Shown: positions 28,071 through 37,783, numbered from the stretch's first letter. The stretch is DNA of 64,000 bases from an uncultured Rikenellaceae bacterium (GCA_964595725.1 CAZQRQ010000007.1:6039-70038), one strand, 5' to 3'. The notes: generated by a model from the sequence alone, not told the origin. Program-made: numbers and translations.

Positions 28071-29957
28071 TTATTTCCTTATTTCAATGTCGGTATGACC
28101 TGGTTCCAGATCAATCTTACCATCAGTTACACTGATCCGGTTATTGTTGACCATCACCTGGTCGTAGTCTTCTAATATAAATTCGGCACGCATGCCCGGC
28201 GGTATTTCAAAACCGTAAATACATGCATTGTCGCTTATTGATTTGTAGATAGCATTTATTGTGCCGCGTATGGTAGGGACTCTTATCATGGAATATGAAA
28301 GCTTCCCGGGCCGGGGTTTTATAAGGGCCTTTCTGAAGCCGGGTTCAAGGGGCATGATGCCCCAGAGCCGTCTAACTATTATGTTGGCAGGTGCTGCTCC
28401 CCAGGCATGGTTCCAGTCTGAATTAGGCTTATATTTCATATCCCATGCTTCCATCGTAATGGTTGATCCTGACCGGATCATATTATACCAGCTCCTGTCA
28501 GAAGTTGAAGTGAGAAGATTAAGAGCAAAATCCTCTTCACCTGCTGTATAAAGCCCGTCTAAAAGAATCTGTGAACCGTATACACTGCAAGCCATCCCCC
28601 TTGACTTAATAAACTCAACAACAGTGTCAATATGATCATCCGGCACCAGGCCAAAAGCAAGCGGGAACATATTGGCATGAAGCGAGGAATGTACTGAGCC
28701 CTCACCATCCACGTAAATTCCTTTTCTCCTGTCAAACAGTATCCTGTTTATTGATTCACGAACCTTGTCCTTTTCATTGCTGAACCATTCAGAGTCATCT
28801 TTTTCCCCCAGTATTTCAGCAATTTCTGCCATAATTTTCAGGTTTTCATAATACAGAGCATTGACGACAGTATTAACGGGAACCATTTCATAGCCGTTTC
28901 TTTCACCTTCTTCAGTTGCAAGTATCCATCCTGTATCTTTCTGTGCAGGTGGCCAGTCGACAATATCCCTGATTCGTTGAGTGGTATCCTTAAAGCCCAG
29001 TTTCAACATGAATTCGTTTGTCAGTTTAGGAGAAGAAGAGGTGATAAGGCCATCATCTCCTGCCAGCTCTGACAGGGTTTTTACTTTAAGAGCCTCGTAA
29101 TTCCTTTCAATGGCGCTGATGTCGCCAGTATACATGTAATCGTTGTAAAAAAGCAGGACATTAAATAACTGCCATTCTGTAGGCCACGTGGGATTAGTGA
29201 TGAAATATTCGTTGGTTCTTCGTGCAACTGAATACTCGTCATCAACGCTGTAATGGCTTAGCTGGTTGATATAGGCATCTGCTTCATATGGTATCCTTTC
29301 CCTGTCGCCATCAATGTAAACTCCGCAGAAACTTGTTGCTTTAATACTGTACTTACACAATTCCCAAACCATGTTAAGAATTGTGTCGGATGAGGTGAAA
29401 TAGCTTGCTGAATCATTAAACCTGTAATTAAAGACTTTCTGTTTTATGTCAAATGATGCTGGTGTAACCGTCAGGTTCGTGATCTCGCAGTAACGGAAAG
29501 GCATAATCACACCGAATGATTCCGGTAGCGGAATTGCAGGAGGGTTGGTATTACGTTCATCAGCCGGTAGCTTGACAGTATAAGTGCTGACAGCGGGATT
29601 TACCGGAAGCAATATTTTTTGATACCTGATCGATCCGCCCGGATCAGGATCAATAGAACCTGTGGACTCCAGCTTCTCTCCAAGTTCGATAATCAAAGTG
29701 TCTGGTTTTTCAACCCTTATGTTGATTACGACTGTACCAAAGGCGTCTTTACCAAAATCAAAGAAATAATGGACTGATCCTTTCTTTATAGACTCTGCCG
29801 GACTTTTCAGGGTAACTTCGAATACCGGGCTGCCAGCTGTTCCTTCACCTGGTTGAGCAGATATGTCATGCACAGATAAGGCTGCCAGGAATAGTATTAT
29901 TATGGATGTATTCCTTTTCATAATTAATTTACAGTCCGAATCGTTTAAGAAACTCAT
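28071..29957 (-). CDS. Alpha-L-rhamnosidase-like (GH78-type six-hairpin) glycoside hydrolase, secreted
   Basis: 628 aa. The motifs GVYIDGDRERIPYEADAY and C-terminal WNHAWGAAPANII resemble the GH78 catalytic domain. The probable true start is the ATG at comp 29921 (MKRNTSIIILFLAALSV). Confidence 0.5.
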   Translation of the reverse strand: MSFLNDSDCKLIMKRNTSIIILFLAALSVHDISAQPGEGTAGSPVFEVTLKSPAESIKKGSVHYFFDFGKDAFGTVVINIRVEKPDTLIIELGEKLESTGSIDPDPGGSIRYQKILLPVNPAVSTYTVKLPADERNTNPPAIPLPESFGVIMPFRYCEITNLTVTPASFDIKQKVFNYRFNDSASYFTSSDTILNMVWELCKYSIKATSFCGVYIDGDRERIPYEADAYINQLSHYSVDDEYSVARRTNEYFITNPTWPTEWQLFNVLLFYNDYMYTGDISAIERNYEALKVKTLSELAGDDGLITSSSPKLTNEFMLKLGFKDTTQRIRDIVDWPPAQKDTGWILATEEGERNGYEMVPVNTVVNALYYENLKIMAEIAEILGEKDDSEWFSNEKDKVRESINRILFDRRKGIYVDGEGSVHSSLHANMFPLAFGLVPDDHIDTVVEFIKSRGMACSVYGSQILLDGLYTAGEEDFALNLLTSTSDRSWYNMIRSGSTITMEAWDMKYKPNSDWNHAWGAAPANIIVRRLWGIMPLEPGFRKALIKPRPGKLSYSMIRVPTIRGTINAIYKSISDNACIYGFEIPPGMRAEFILEDYDQVMVNNNRISVTDGKIDLEPGHTDIEIRK

Positions 29958-30104
29958 TTTACCGGATAGTAAATCAGAAAGATACTATAAATTGTATTAT
30001 TTTATTAATGTTTTGCTTTACACCTCTGTGGATACCTGTGAATAAGATAATTATGTAATACTTCAGAATTCTGGCAAAAAAAGCTATTCTTTCTTTTTTA
30101 TCTT

Positions 30105-30187
30105 TCACCCCCTTTCCCGTTTCCCCCATGGGGGAAAAGACAGAAATTTGCACCTTCCCCTTTGGGGGAAGGATTGGATGGGGGTAA
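30105..30187. repeat. Palindromic GC-rich intergenic element (same family as 25414 and 33061)
   Basis: TCACCCCCTTTCCCG, then TTCCCCC-ATG-GGGGAA, then CCTTCCCC-TTT-GGGGGAAGG, then GATGGGGGTAAAA. It is nested between CTCTGTG-type arms at 30021-30040 and 30306-30320. Confidence 0.6.
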
Positions 30188-30403
30188 AATGAATAAGAAG
30201 GAGATAGAATTTTGTATTTATAAATATAACGAAGAACTATTAATTGAATTTTGAAGAAGTCCGTAGTTATCGCAAATCAACAACTCCGTGTCAGTTCCTT
30301 TTTTTACACAGAGGGACACAGCGTTTTATACTAAGAATGAGAACATTTTTGCGCTGAGAAGGGTTTAGTTTTTATTAATATTGTATTTCAATAAATAATA
30401 AGC

Positions 30404-31249
30404 ATGAAGCTGGACTTATTTAATATAGCAAATTTTAAAATCGATGGGGGAGCTATGTTCGGTGTTGTACCGAAAGCCCTCTGGTCGAGGGTTTACAGTG
30501 CAGATGAGAATAATCTTATCGTGTTGACGCTGAGGTCCCTGATTGTGGAGACTGGTGGGCATGTGATACTGGTGGATACAGGCTGGGGCGATAAGCAGGA
30601 TGAAAAGTTTTTTCGTCATGTTCATCTTCATAACGGAGAAGGCCTTTTTGAAGGTCTCAGTGCCAGAGGCTACAGGACGGAAGATATAACTGATGTTTTC
30701 CTCACCCACCTGCATGCTGATCATTGTGGCGGAGCGGTGGTAAGGAACACTGCAGGTACAGGATATGAGTTGGCATTTCCTGGTGCAATATACCACGTAA
30801 GCCGCACCCAGTGGGAGTGGGCTCTGAGGAACAATCCCAGGGAAGCTGATTCATATCCCGAAGAGAATATACTCCCCATAGGACAGAGCGGACGTTTAAA
30901 CCTTGTTGACGATGAGACGGAACTGTTTCCCGGATTCTCTGTAATGATGTGCGAAGGGCATACGCCCGGCCTAATGATTCCGGTCATAAAGCATAAGGGA
31001 AAGACAATTGTCTATACCGGCGATCTTATCCCTACCGTGGCGCATATACCGCTTATCTGGAATATGAGCTACGATATCGAAAGCCTGAAAACGATAGATG
31101 AAAAGCAGAAACTGCTCCAGGAGGCACTTGAACATGATTACATCTTTGTATTTCAGCATGATGAAAATGTTGAGTGCTGTAACCTGGAGATGACTCCCAA
31201 AGGAATAAGGGCGAAAGACAAATTCCGGTTTTCGGAAATTGGATTTTAA
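30404..31249 (+). CDS. MBL-fold metallo-hydrolase
   Basis: 281 aa with the motif THLHADHCGG and downstream His/Asp ligands (CEGHTPG). Confidence 0.8.
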   Translation: MKLDLFNIANFKIDGGAMFGVVPKALWSRVYSADENNLIVLTLRSLIVETGGHVILVDTGWGDKQDEKFFRHVHLHNGEGLFEGLSARGYRTEDITDVFLTHLHADHCGGAVVRNTAGTGYELAFPGAIYHVSRTQWEWALRNNPREADSYPEENILPIGQSGRLNLVDDETELFPGFSVMMCEGHTPGLMIPVIKHKGKTIVYTGDLIPTVAHIPLIWNMSYDIESLKTIDEKQKLLQEALEHDYIFVFQHDENVECCNLEMTPKGIRAKDKFRFSEIGF

Positions 31250-31261
31250 GAAAAGAAGGTA

Positions 31262-31325
31262 CGCAGAGTGGCACAGAGGATAACAGAGTTCCACTGAGTA
31301 TTTGCTCTGTGTCTCTCTGTGTAAC
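31262..31325. repeat. CTCTGTG/CACAGAG inverted-repeat element directly after the MBL gene
   Basis: GCAGAGTGGCACAGAGGATAACAGAG ... CTCTGTGTCTCTCTGTGTAAC. Confidence 0.65.
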
Positions 31326-31450
31326 AAAAAACCTTGTCAATTTATTATCCTGTCTTGTATGACGAATATTATATGTTTATTATCTTATTTGTTCATATCT
31401 TTGAAATAAGCGATCCAACTAACTTGCTGTTAATAAAATAACATAATGTC

Positions 31451-33061
31451 ATGGCAGAATTTATCTACGAAAAACCTTTCCAGATTGAGAAGGACTCCAC
31501 TAATTACCGTAAGCTGACCACAGACTATGTAAGTACTGTTGAAATTGATGGCCGCAAAATCCTGAAAGTGGATCCTGAAGGGATTGAGATGCTGGCCAGG
31601 GAAGCAATTACTGATCTCTCATTCTTTCTCCGTACATCACATCTTGAGAAAGTAAGGAAAATTCTCGACGACCCTGAAGCAACTGATAATGACAGGTTTG
31701 TGGCATATATCAACCTGAGAAATACAGTGATTTCGGCAAAGGGAGACCTGCCATGGTGCCAGGATACCGGAACCGCCATAGTGATTGCGAAGAAAGGTGA
31801 GCAGGTATGGACCGGGGCAAATGATGCGCTTCACCTGTCAAAAGGTGTGTTTGAGACCTACAGGAACAAAAACCTGAGGTATTCCCAGATCGTACCGCTG
31901 AGCATGTTTGATGAAAAAAACTCGGGATCAAACCTGCCGGCACAGATAGATATATATGCCACTGAAGGTTATACTTATGAATTCCTGTTTATTACAAAGG
32001 GAGGCGGATCTGCCAACAAGAGCTTCCTTTACCAGCAGACAAAATCTCTTCTTAATGAAGAGTCTCTTACAAAATTCATCAGGGAAAAGATAAAGGACCT
32101 TGGGACTTCTGCATGTCCTCCTTATCACCTTGCGCTGGTAATAGGAGGCACGTCTGCAGAGGCGACACTTAAATGTGTCAAGGAGGCCTCGGCGGGCTAT
32201 CTGGATCATCTTCCGACAACGGGCAGTGAGAGCGGCAGGGCTTTCCGCGACCTGGAGTGGGAGAAAAAGATTGAGAAGATCTGCCACGAATACGGAGTGG
32301 GAGCCCAGTTCGGTGGCAAGTACTTTGTTCACGATGTCAGGGTGATCCGCCTGCCAAGGCATGCTGCTTCCTGTCCTGTAGGACTTGGTGTGAGTTGCAG
32401 CGCCGACAGGAATATAAAAGGCAGGATCGATGAAACAGGCATATACCTGGAGCAGCTCGAAAAAAATCCTGAACGTTTCATGCCTGAGAAGGCTCCCGAA
32501 CTCGAAAAGCCTGTTGAGATAGACCTTGACAGGCCGATGAAAGAGGTGCTGGCGGAACTTACAAGGTACCCGGTAAAGACAAGGCTGAGCCTGACAGGAA
32601 CACTTATTGTTGCCAGGGATGCGGCACATGCAAGAATCAAGCAGTTGCTTGACGAAGGGAAACCCATGCCTGAGTATTTCAAGAATCATCCCGTTTATTA
32701 TGCTGGGCCGGCAAAGACTCCGGCCGGAATGCCTTCAGGGAGCTTCGGACCTACTACGGCAGGCAGGATGGACAGCTATGTTGATCTTTTCCAGAGCCAT
32801 GGCGGTTCTATGATAATGCTTGCCAAAGGGAACAGGGGAAGGCAGGTGATAGACGCCTGTAAAAAATACGGAGGTTTCTACCTTGGATCAATAGGCGGTC
32901 CGGCAGCTATCCTTGCTGCTGAGAATATAAAGTCGGTGGAGCTGGTCGATTTCGAAGACCTGGGAATGGAAGCTGTACGTAAAATAAAGGTTGAAAATAT
33001 GGCTGCTTTCATCATCACCGATGACAAGGGGAACGACTTCTTTGATGAGTACAATAAATAA
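31451..33061 (+). CDS. fumB: Fumarate hydratase, class I (Fe-S hydro-lyase)
   Basis: 536 aa. Motifs are [19 protein letters not shown] and a C-terminal beta-domain ([16 protein letters not shown]). Confidence 0.85.
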   Translation: MAEFIYEKPFQIEKDSTNYRKLTTDYVSTVEIDGRKILKVDPEGIEMLAREAITDLSFFLRTSHLEKVRKILDDPEATDNDRFVAYINLRNTVISAKGDLPWCQDTGTAIVIAKKGEQVWTGANDALHLSKGVFETYRNKNLRYSQIVPLSMFDEKNSGSNLPAQIDIYATEGYTYEFLFITKGGGSANKSFLYQQTKSLLNEESLTKFIREKIKDLGTSACPPYHLALVIGGTSAEATLKCVKEASAGYLDHLPTTGSESGRAFRDLEWEKKIEKICHEYGVGAQFGGKYFVHDVRVIRLPRHAASCPVGLGVSCSADRNIKGRIDETGIYLEQLEKNPERFMPEKAPELEKPVEIDLDRPMKEVLAELTRYPVKTRLSLTGTLIVARDAAHARIKQLLDEGKPMPEYFKNHPVYYAGPAKTPAGMPSGSFGPTTAGRMDSYVDLFQSHGGSMIMLAKGNRGRQVIDACKKYGGFYLGSIGGPAAILAAENIKSVELVDFEDLGMEAVRKIKVENMAAFIITDDKGNDFFDEYNK

Positions 33062-33262
33062 CCTCACCCCAAGCCCCTCTCCCATGAGAGAGGGGCTTAA
33101 GATTTACAGAGTACTGTTGATGGTTAATAAAGACAAGACAATTGTAAGAGACATGTATTTTAATGTAAAGTCTGAGCTATTCGGACTTGCAAACTATATG
33201 AGAAAGCATCCGACTGAAGCGGAAAGAATTCTTTGGGAGAGGGGGATAAGAGGGGGTGAGGT
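33061..33262. repeat. Palindromic element bounded by CCTCACCCC ... GGGGGTGAGG, enclosing a truncated DUF559-type endonuclease remnant
   Basis: The termini are ACCTCACCCCAAGCCCCTCTCCC and GGGAGAGGGGGATAAGAGGGGGTGAGGTC. An internal hairpin is GCCCCTCTC-CCATGA-GAGAGGGGC. The interior (33153-33240, +) encodes ...LANYMRKHPTEAERILWE, which resembles the N-terminus of DUF559/Vsr-like endonucleases and is then cut off by the terminal repeat. Confidence 0.6.
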
Positions 33263-34692
33263 CAATTCAGCACTTCAATATCGAAAACCTCGTGCCTGTC
33301 AAGTTCCCTCCAGTACTTGATCGAGTTCTTTCTCACCAGCTCCCAGTATATGTTGCTGTCCAGGCCATATACAAAATTGAATTCCTTTAGCTCTCCGCTT
33401 ATTTTTTCAGCGAGATCAGGTTTCAGCCTGAGACGGATCCTGTGGTTTAGGTAGGTAAAGTCGACCATCGGTAGCTTTGCCGTATCGCTTCGTACTGTAA
33501 GAAGCCCGTGTCCGGGTGTTGCACCGGTACTAACCTGTATGCCGTCGTTCATGCAGCTTAAGGGTGGCTCTGAGCCGGCATATGAGACAGCAGTAAATTC
33601 ATCCACTCCGGTATTGAAATATTCCCTTGCTCTTATACCCATCTTGACACCTATAATGGAAAATGTTCCGAGATGCCTGTGCAACTCATTACCGATAACT
33701 CCAGATATCCATTCATCATGCCCGTATTTGTCAATAATCTCAGTAACATAGGGTTGGATGTCGTCGAAATAGAACCCCGGATCCTCAGGGATATTCTTGA
33801 TCACCTGGTTATGCTCCACTGTTTCGCCGCCGACTATTTTCAGGTACCCTTCCTTTAGCCCGGGAATGTCAGCCGGCCTGTATTCCGAGTTGGTTCCCGA
33901 TTCTGTTCTACTGAAATGTTGCGGGTATTGAAGATACAAAGGCACAAGTTCGTCATAAGGAATCATAGCAAAATCATGGTTTCTTGCTGTTTCTGAATCA
34001 AGAAAGAGGCTTATTTTATTAGCATAAGGTGTCTTTACATTTTTGATACCGGTCATCAGGCCGGCATCATAGAAGCCGGTTGCTCCGCCAGTGATAACTG
34101 CAGCTACCGGGATTTCCCGGTCGAGTATATACCTGGAGGCCTGTTTGTCAACACTGTAATTGAATCCCTTAGTATCCTTCAGCCCGTCGCAGCTCCAAAT
34201 GATCTGTTTTAGATGGTCTTTAAGATCAGTTACCTCCCGGAGAGCAGTGGCCACGGTCGACAAACCGCCAAGGCAGACAAAGTTGATCTTCGAGGGCTCA
34301 TATTTAATGACATCTTTTACGAAAGTCGTAAAATCAGGGGCACCTGAGGGTGTAATCAGGGTTTCATCTCCCCAATGATAACCAAGTGCAGCAGCCATAT
34401 CCGGTGATTTAAAACTGCAAAAGCGATTGACCGTAACCGGTATGCCTTCATGGTAGTAGGAATTGAGCATGCTTTTCACCTTAACATATGTGTTTTCGGC
34501 ACTAAGAGAGCCGGGTGAACAGACAATGCCGAGCACTCTTACATCTGGCGAAGCCAGCATCATGCTTATCGCCTTCATATCGTCAATCCCTCCGTCGGTA
34601 TCTATAATGACATAATGACTTGGTTTCCAGGGATGAGCTGCCAGCAAAGAATACATAACCAGCCCACAGAGAAGCAGAACAATCCTTTTCAT
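33262..34692 (-). CDS. Exported inosine-uridine nucleoside hydrolase-like domain fused to an FmdE-like C-terminal domain
   Basis: 476 aa with a signal peptide. The IUNH motif is IIDTDGGIDDMKAISM. The C-terminal segments ELHRHLGTFSIIGVKMGIRA and CMNDGIQVSTGATPGHGLL look FmdE-like with most Cys ligands replaced. Confidence 0.55.
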   Translation of the reverse strand: MKRIVLLLCGLVMYSLLAAHPWKPSHYVIIDTDGGIDDMKAISMMLASPDVRVLGIVCSPGSLSAENTYVKVKSMLNSYYHEGIPVTVNRFCSFKSPDMAAALGYHWGDETLITPSGAPDFTTFVKDVIKYEPSKINFVCLGGLSTVATALREVTDLKDHLKQIIWSCDGLKDTKGFNYSVDKQASRYILDREIPVAAVITGGATGFYDAGLMTGIKNVKTPYANKISLFLDSETARNHDFAMIPYDELVPLYLQYPQHFSRTESGTNSEYRPADIPGLKEGYLKIVGGETVEHNQVIKNIPEDPGFYFDDIQPYVTEIIDKYGHDEWISGVIGNELHRHLGTFSIIGVKMGIRAREYFNTGVDEFTAVSYAGSEPPLSCMNDGIQVSTGATPGHGLLTVRSDTAKLPMVDFTYLNHRIRLRLKPDLAEKISGELKEFNFVYGLDSNIYWELVRKNSIKYWRELDRHEVFDIEVLN

Positions 34693-34806
34693 AGCTGTAA
34701 ATTATTTTTTACAAAAGTATTTATCTATCCTTTATTTCCAAAGTTGATATTTACTTTTTCCGGTGATGATTTAATTTTATATATTGAGTGCCATAACAAA
34801 TCGTGG

Positions 34807-36333
34807 GTGAAGAAAAAAATACTTCTCTGGTTTTTACCCGGCATCCTGGTGGGAGTTTTGATTATTCTTGGTTCCGGGAAAGTTATCGAAAGAACATCGG
34901 CTAATGAATATTGCATGTCGTGTCATATACACCCTGGCGCGGATGCCATGTGGAAGAGATCTGTACACTATGAAACCTCATCGGGAGTCAGGACATCATG
35001 CGTAGACTGCCATCTTCCGCCAAAGGGACACGGGTATCTTTGGGCCAAGGCAAGAACCGGCCTTCGTGACCTGTGGAGCTTCTGGACAAAAGACTCTGCA
35101 TCGTTTGACTGGGATGAAAGGGGAAGGCTGGAAATCGCAAGGACCCATGTCTATGAGAGCAGTTGTACAAATTGCCATGAAAACCTTTTTCCCCTGGAAC
35201 TGACAACGGAAGGCGAGAACGCTCATCTTTATTACAGGCAGAACAGGGAGAAGATGGAAGACCTTCACTGTATCAACTGTCATCTTAATTCAGGCCATTA
35301 TATTGAAGGATACACTCATGGCAGCAATGCGACTTTTGGGAAAGCAACGTCAGCCCCCATGGAGGTTTTCCGTGAGCCGGCGGAGGTTACTTCTTTCGTT
35401 TCCTACAGGGAGCAGATACCTAACTCTACTGTTTCTTTCAATATGCTGACAATACCTGGAGGGACATTCATGATGGGAAGTCCTCCTGATGAATCTTTCA
35501 GGTCTGAGAATGAAGGACCGGTCCGCCAGGTGGAGATAAGCCCTTTCTTTATGGCAGAGGTTGAAGTAACATGGGATGAGTATCTTGCATTTTATGCACA
35601 GACAGCCTCGGAGGGAAGAAGTTCAGACACCAAGGCTATGAGAGCAGGATCTGAAAAGAATGTCGATGCTATCTCGGGAGCCACGCCTCCTTACGGGCAG
35701 CCTGACCAGGGCTGGGGAATGGGGCAGCGGCCGGCAATATCGATCACTTACCATGCAGCTGAAACCTATTGCAGGTGGCTTTCCCAGGTGACCGGCAAGA
35801 CATACAGGCTGCCAACCGAGGCAGAGTGGGAATACGCCTGCAGGGCAGGAACTCAGACTCCCTATTTCTTTGAAGGTGATCCTGAAAAATTTCAAAAAAC
35901 CGGTCTCAGGGCCAGGTTATCAAGGAATGATACTGCTGTAATAAATACATACGTTATATACAAAGGCAACAGTGCATCCAAGACGCAGCCCCCGGAAAAG
36001 GTTAAGGCCAACCCGTTCGGTTTGAAAAATATGCTCGGCAATGTCGCGGAATTCTGTTCAGACTGGTACCAGGAAGTCATATTTTCTTCGTATAATAATG
36101 AATCTGTTAAAGATCCCCGTGGTCCGGAAAATGGTTCTGAACATGTGATACGCGGCGGCTCATTCAGGGATTTGGCTGGCAGGGTTCGTTCTGCTGTGCG
36201 CGATTATACAAGAACTGATGACTGGCTGAAGACAGATCCCCAGATCCCTAAAAGCATATGGTGGTACTCGGATTGTTTCAATGTTGGCTTCAGGGTAGTG
36301 TGTGAGTTTGACGAAAAGACAGGAAAGTTGTAA
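34807..36333 (+). CDS. NapC/NirT-type tetrahaem cytochrome c fused to an FGE/SUMF1-family domain
   Basis: There are four CXXCH motifs (CMSCH, CVDCH, CTNCH, CINCH) after a TM helix (ILLWFLPGILVGVLIILG). The C-terminal half carries FGE-sulfatase motifs (GGTFMMGSP, WEYACRAG, GNVAEFCSDWY, VIRGGSF). GTG 34807 is preferred as the start because the track start 34615 overlaps the divergent gene. Confidence 0.75.
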   Translation: MKKKILLWFLPGILVGVLIILGSGKVIERTSANEYCMSCHIHPGADAMWKRSVHYETSSGVRTSCVDCHLPPKGHGYLWAKARTGLRDLWSFWTKDSASFDWDERGRLEIARTHVYESSCTNCHENLFPLELTTEGENAHLYYRQNREKMEDLHCINCHLNSGHYIEGYTHGSNATFGKATSAPMEVFREPAEVTSFVSYREQIPNSTVSFNMLTIPGGTFMMGSPPDESFRSENEGPVRQVEISPFFMAEVEVTWDEYLAFYAQTASEGRSSDTKAMRAGSEKNVDAISGATPPYGQPDQGWGMGQRPAISITYHAAETYCRWLSQVTGKTYRLPTEAEWEYACRAGTQTPYFFEGDPEKFQKTGLRARLSRNDTAVINTYVIYKGNSASKTQPPEKVKANPFGLKNMLGNVAEFCSDWYQEVIFSSYNNESVKDPRGPENGSEHVIRGGSFRDLAGRVRSAVRDYTRTDDWLKTDPQIPKSIWWYSDCFNVGFRVVCEFDEKTGKL

Positions 36334-36367
36334 ATTAACAGAACGGATTATCATTAAATAAACCTAT

Positions 36368-37744
36368 ATGAAAAAATCAGAAATTTCAAGACGCAGGTTC
36401 CTCGGAACCACAGCAATTGCCGGAGCTGCAGGATTTGTGGCGCCATCTATAATTACCGGATGCTCATCCTCATCCAGGGATAAGGAGAAAAACTTTGTTC
36501 CGGTTGCAGACCACGAGTGGCTCGACCAGGCTCCTGACGGTGCTGAATTAAGGGCCGGTATAATAGGGTGCGGCGGTCGCGGTACAGGGGCGGCTCGTAA
36601 TTTCCTCAGTGCGGGATCTAACCTGAAGATTATCGCACTTGGTGATACTTTCAAGGACAGGATAGACGATTGTAATGCAGCCATAAAGGAAAAATCCGGC
36701 GAAGCTGTACCTGAAGATAAATGCTTCGTTGGTTTTGACGCATTTGAAAAAGTAATTGCCGAACCTGTCGATATTGTAATACTGGCCACACCACCATATT
36801 TCCGGCCTGTACACCTTGCAGCTGCTGTCGCTGCCCGGAAACACATTTTTGCCGAGAAACCGATATGTGTCGATCCGGTCGGCGCACGCTCGGTGATGGC
36901 AACAGCTCTGAAGGCTAAGGAATTGGGTTTGACAATAGTGACAGGAACACAAAGACGCCACCAGCGCGATTATGTAGCTTCATATCAGCAGATCCAGGCT
37001 GGAGCTATCGGAGAGATAGTCGGCGGAAACATCTGGTGGAACGGTGGAAAACTATGGCATAAGGATAAAAATCCTGACTGGACAGAAATGGAGTGGATGA
37101 TCCGCGACTGGGTTAACTGGACATGGCTGTCGGGAGACCATATAGTTGAACAGCACGTTCACAATATTGATGTAATGAACTGGTTCACCGGATCACACCC
37201 GGTAAAGGCTGTTGGAATGGGTTCACGCCTCAGACGAATTACCGGCGATCAGTTTGATAATTTCAGTGTTGATTTTGTATTTGATAATGATATGCATTTT
37301 CATAGTATGTGCCGCCAGATCAACGGATGTGCAAATAATGTTTCTGAAAGGATTCAGTGTAGCAAAGGAGCTGCCTACTTATTCCAGAGCCAGGAAGTCT
37401 ACCAGACCAACCTTGCAAATGAGGAAATATGGAGGTATGAGTATCCGCTGGATGATGAAGGGAAAACTTCAAAAAGTAAAATGAAGGATCCTTATGTGCA
37501 GGAGCATATTGACATGGTAGCTGCAATACGAAATGGCAAACCTTTTAATGAACTCGAAAACACTGCGATATCAGTAATGACTGCAATAATGGGCCGTGTA
37601 TCGGCCTACACCGGGAAGGAAACTACCTGGGAAGAGATGATGAACTCAGATCTTAAACTCGGACCAAAAGTACTGGCTTTCGGTCCTGTTGATATACCTA
37701 AAGAGGTCCCTGTTGCTGGGGATGCTTATCAGCCTGAAGCTTAA
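36368..37744 (+). CDS. Gfo/Idh/MocA family oxidoreductase with a TAT signal
   Basis: 458 aa. The twin-arginine leader is SRRRFLGTTAIAGAAGF and the Rossmann motif is LRAGIIGCGGRGTGAA. Confidence 0.8.
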   Translation: MKKSEISRRRFLGTTAIAGAAGFVAPSIITGCSSSSRDKEKNFVPVADHEWLDQAPDGAELRAGIIGCGGRGTGAARNFLSAGSNLKIIALGDTFKDRIDDCNAAIKEKSGEAVPEDKCFVGFDAFEKVIAEPVDIVILATPPYFRPVHLAAAVAARKHIFAEKPICVDPVGARSVMATALKAKELGLTIVTGTQRRHQRDYVASYQQIQAGAIGEIVGGNIWWNGGKLWHKDKNPDWTEMEWMIRDWVNWTWLSGDHIVEQHVHNIDVMNWFTGSHPVKAVGMGSRLRRITGDQFDNFSVDFVFDNDMHFHSMCRQINGCANNVSERIQCSKGAAYLFQSQEVYQTNLANEEIWRYEYPLDDEGKTSKSKMKDPYVQEHIDMVAAIRNGKPFNELENTAISVMTAIMGRVSAYTGKETTWEEMMNSDLKLGPKVLAFGPVDIPKEVPVAGDAYQPEA

Positions 37745-37783
37745 GCAGTAATCCCTTTTTTTGAACAAAAAAAATATAAATCT

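Noticed and set aside
31525-32689. Several minus-strand ORFs (up to 253 aa) inside the fumarate hydratase gene.
   Set aside because: They are antisense shadows of a well-supported 536-aa class I fumarase and have low-complexity, Arg/Cys-rich translations.
32991-33320. A 109-aa plus ORF spanning the fumarase 3' end, the palindromic element and the end of the convergent gene.
   Set aside because: It is not an intact gene. Only a ~30-aa stretch resembles a DUF559 N-terminus and the rest is read-through of repeats and antisense coding sequence. It is reported as a remnant inside the repeat.
34615-34806. An upstream extension of the cytochrome-FGE ORF (track start 34615).
   Set aside because: It overlaps the start of the divergent nucleoside-hydrolase gene and has no sensible N-terminus. 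GTG 34807 starts right at the NapC-type TM helix.
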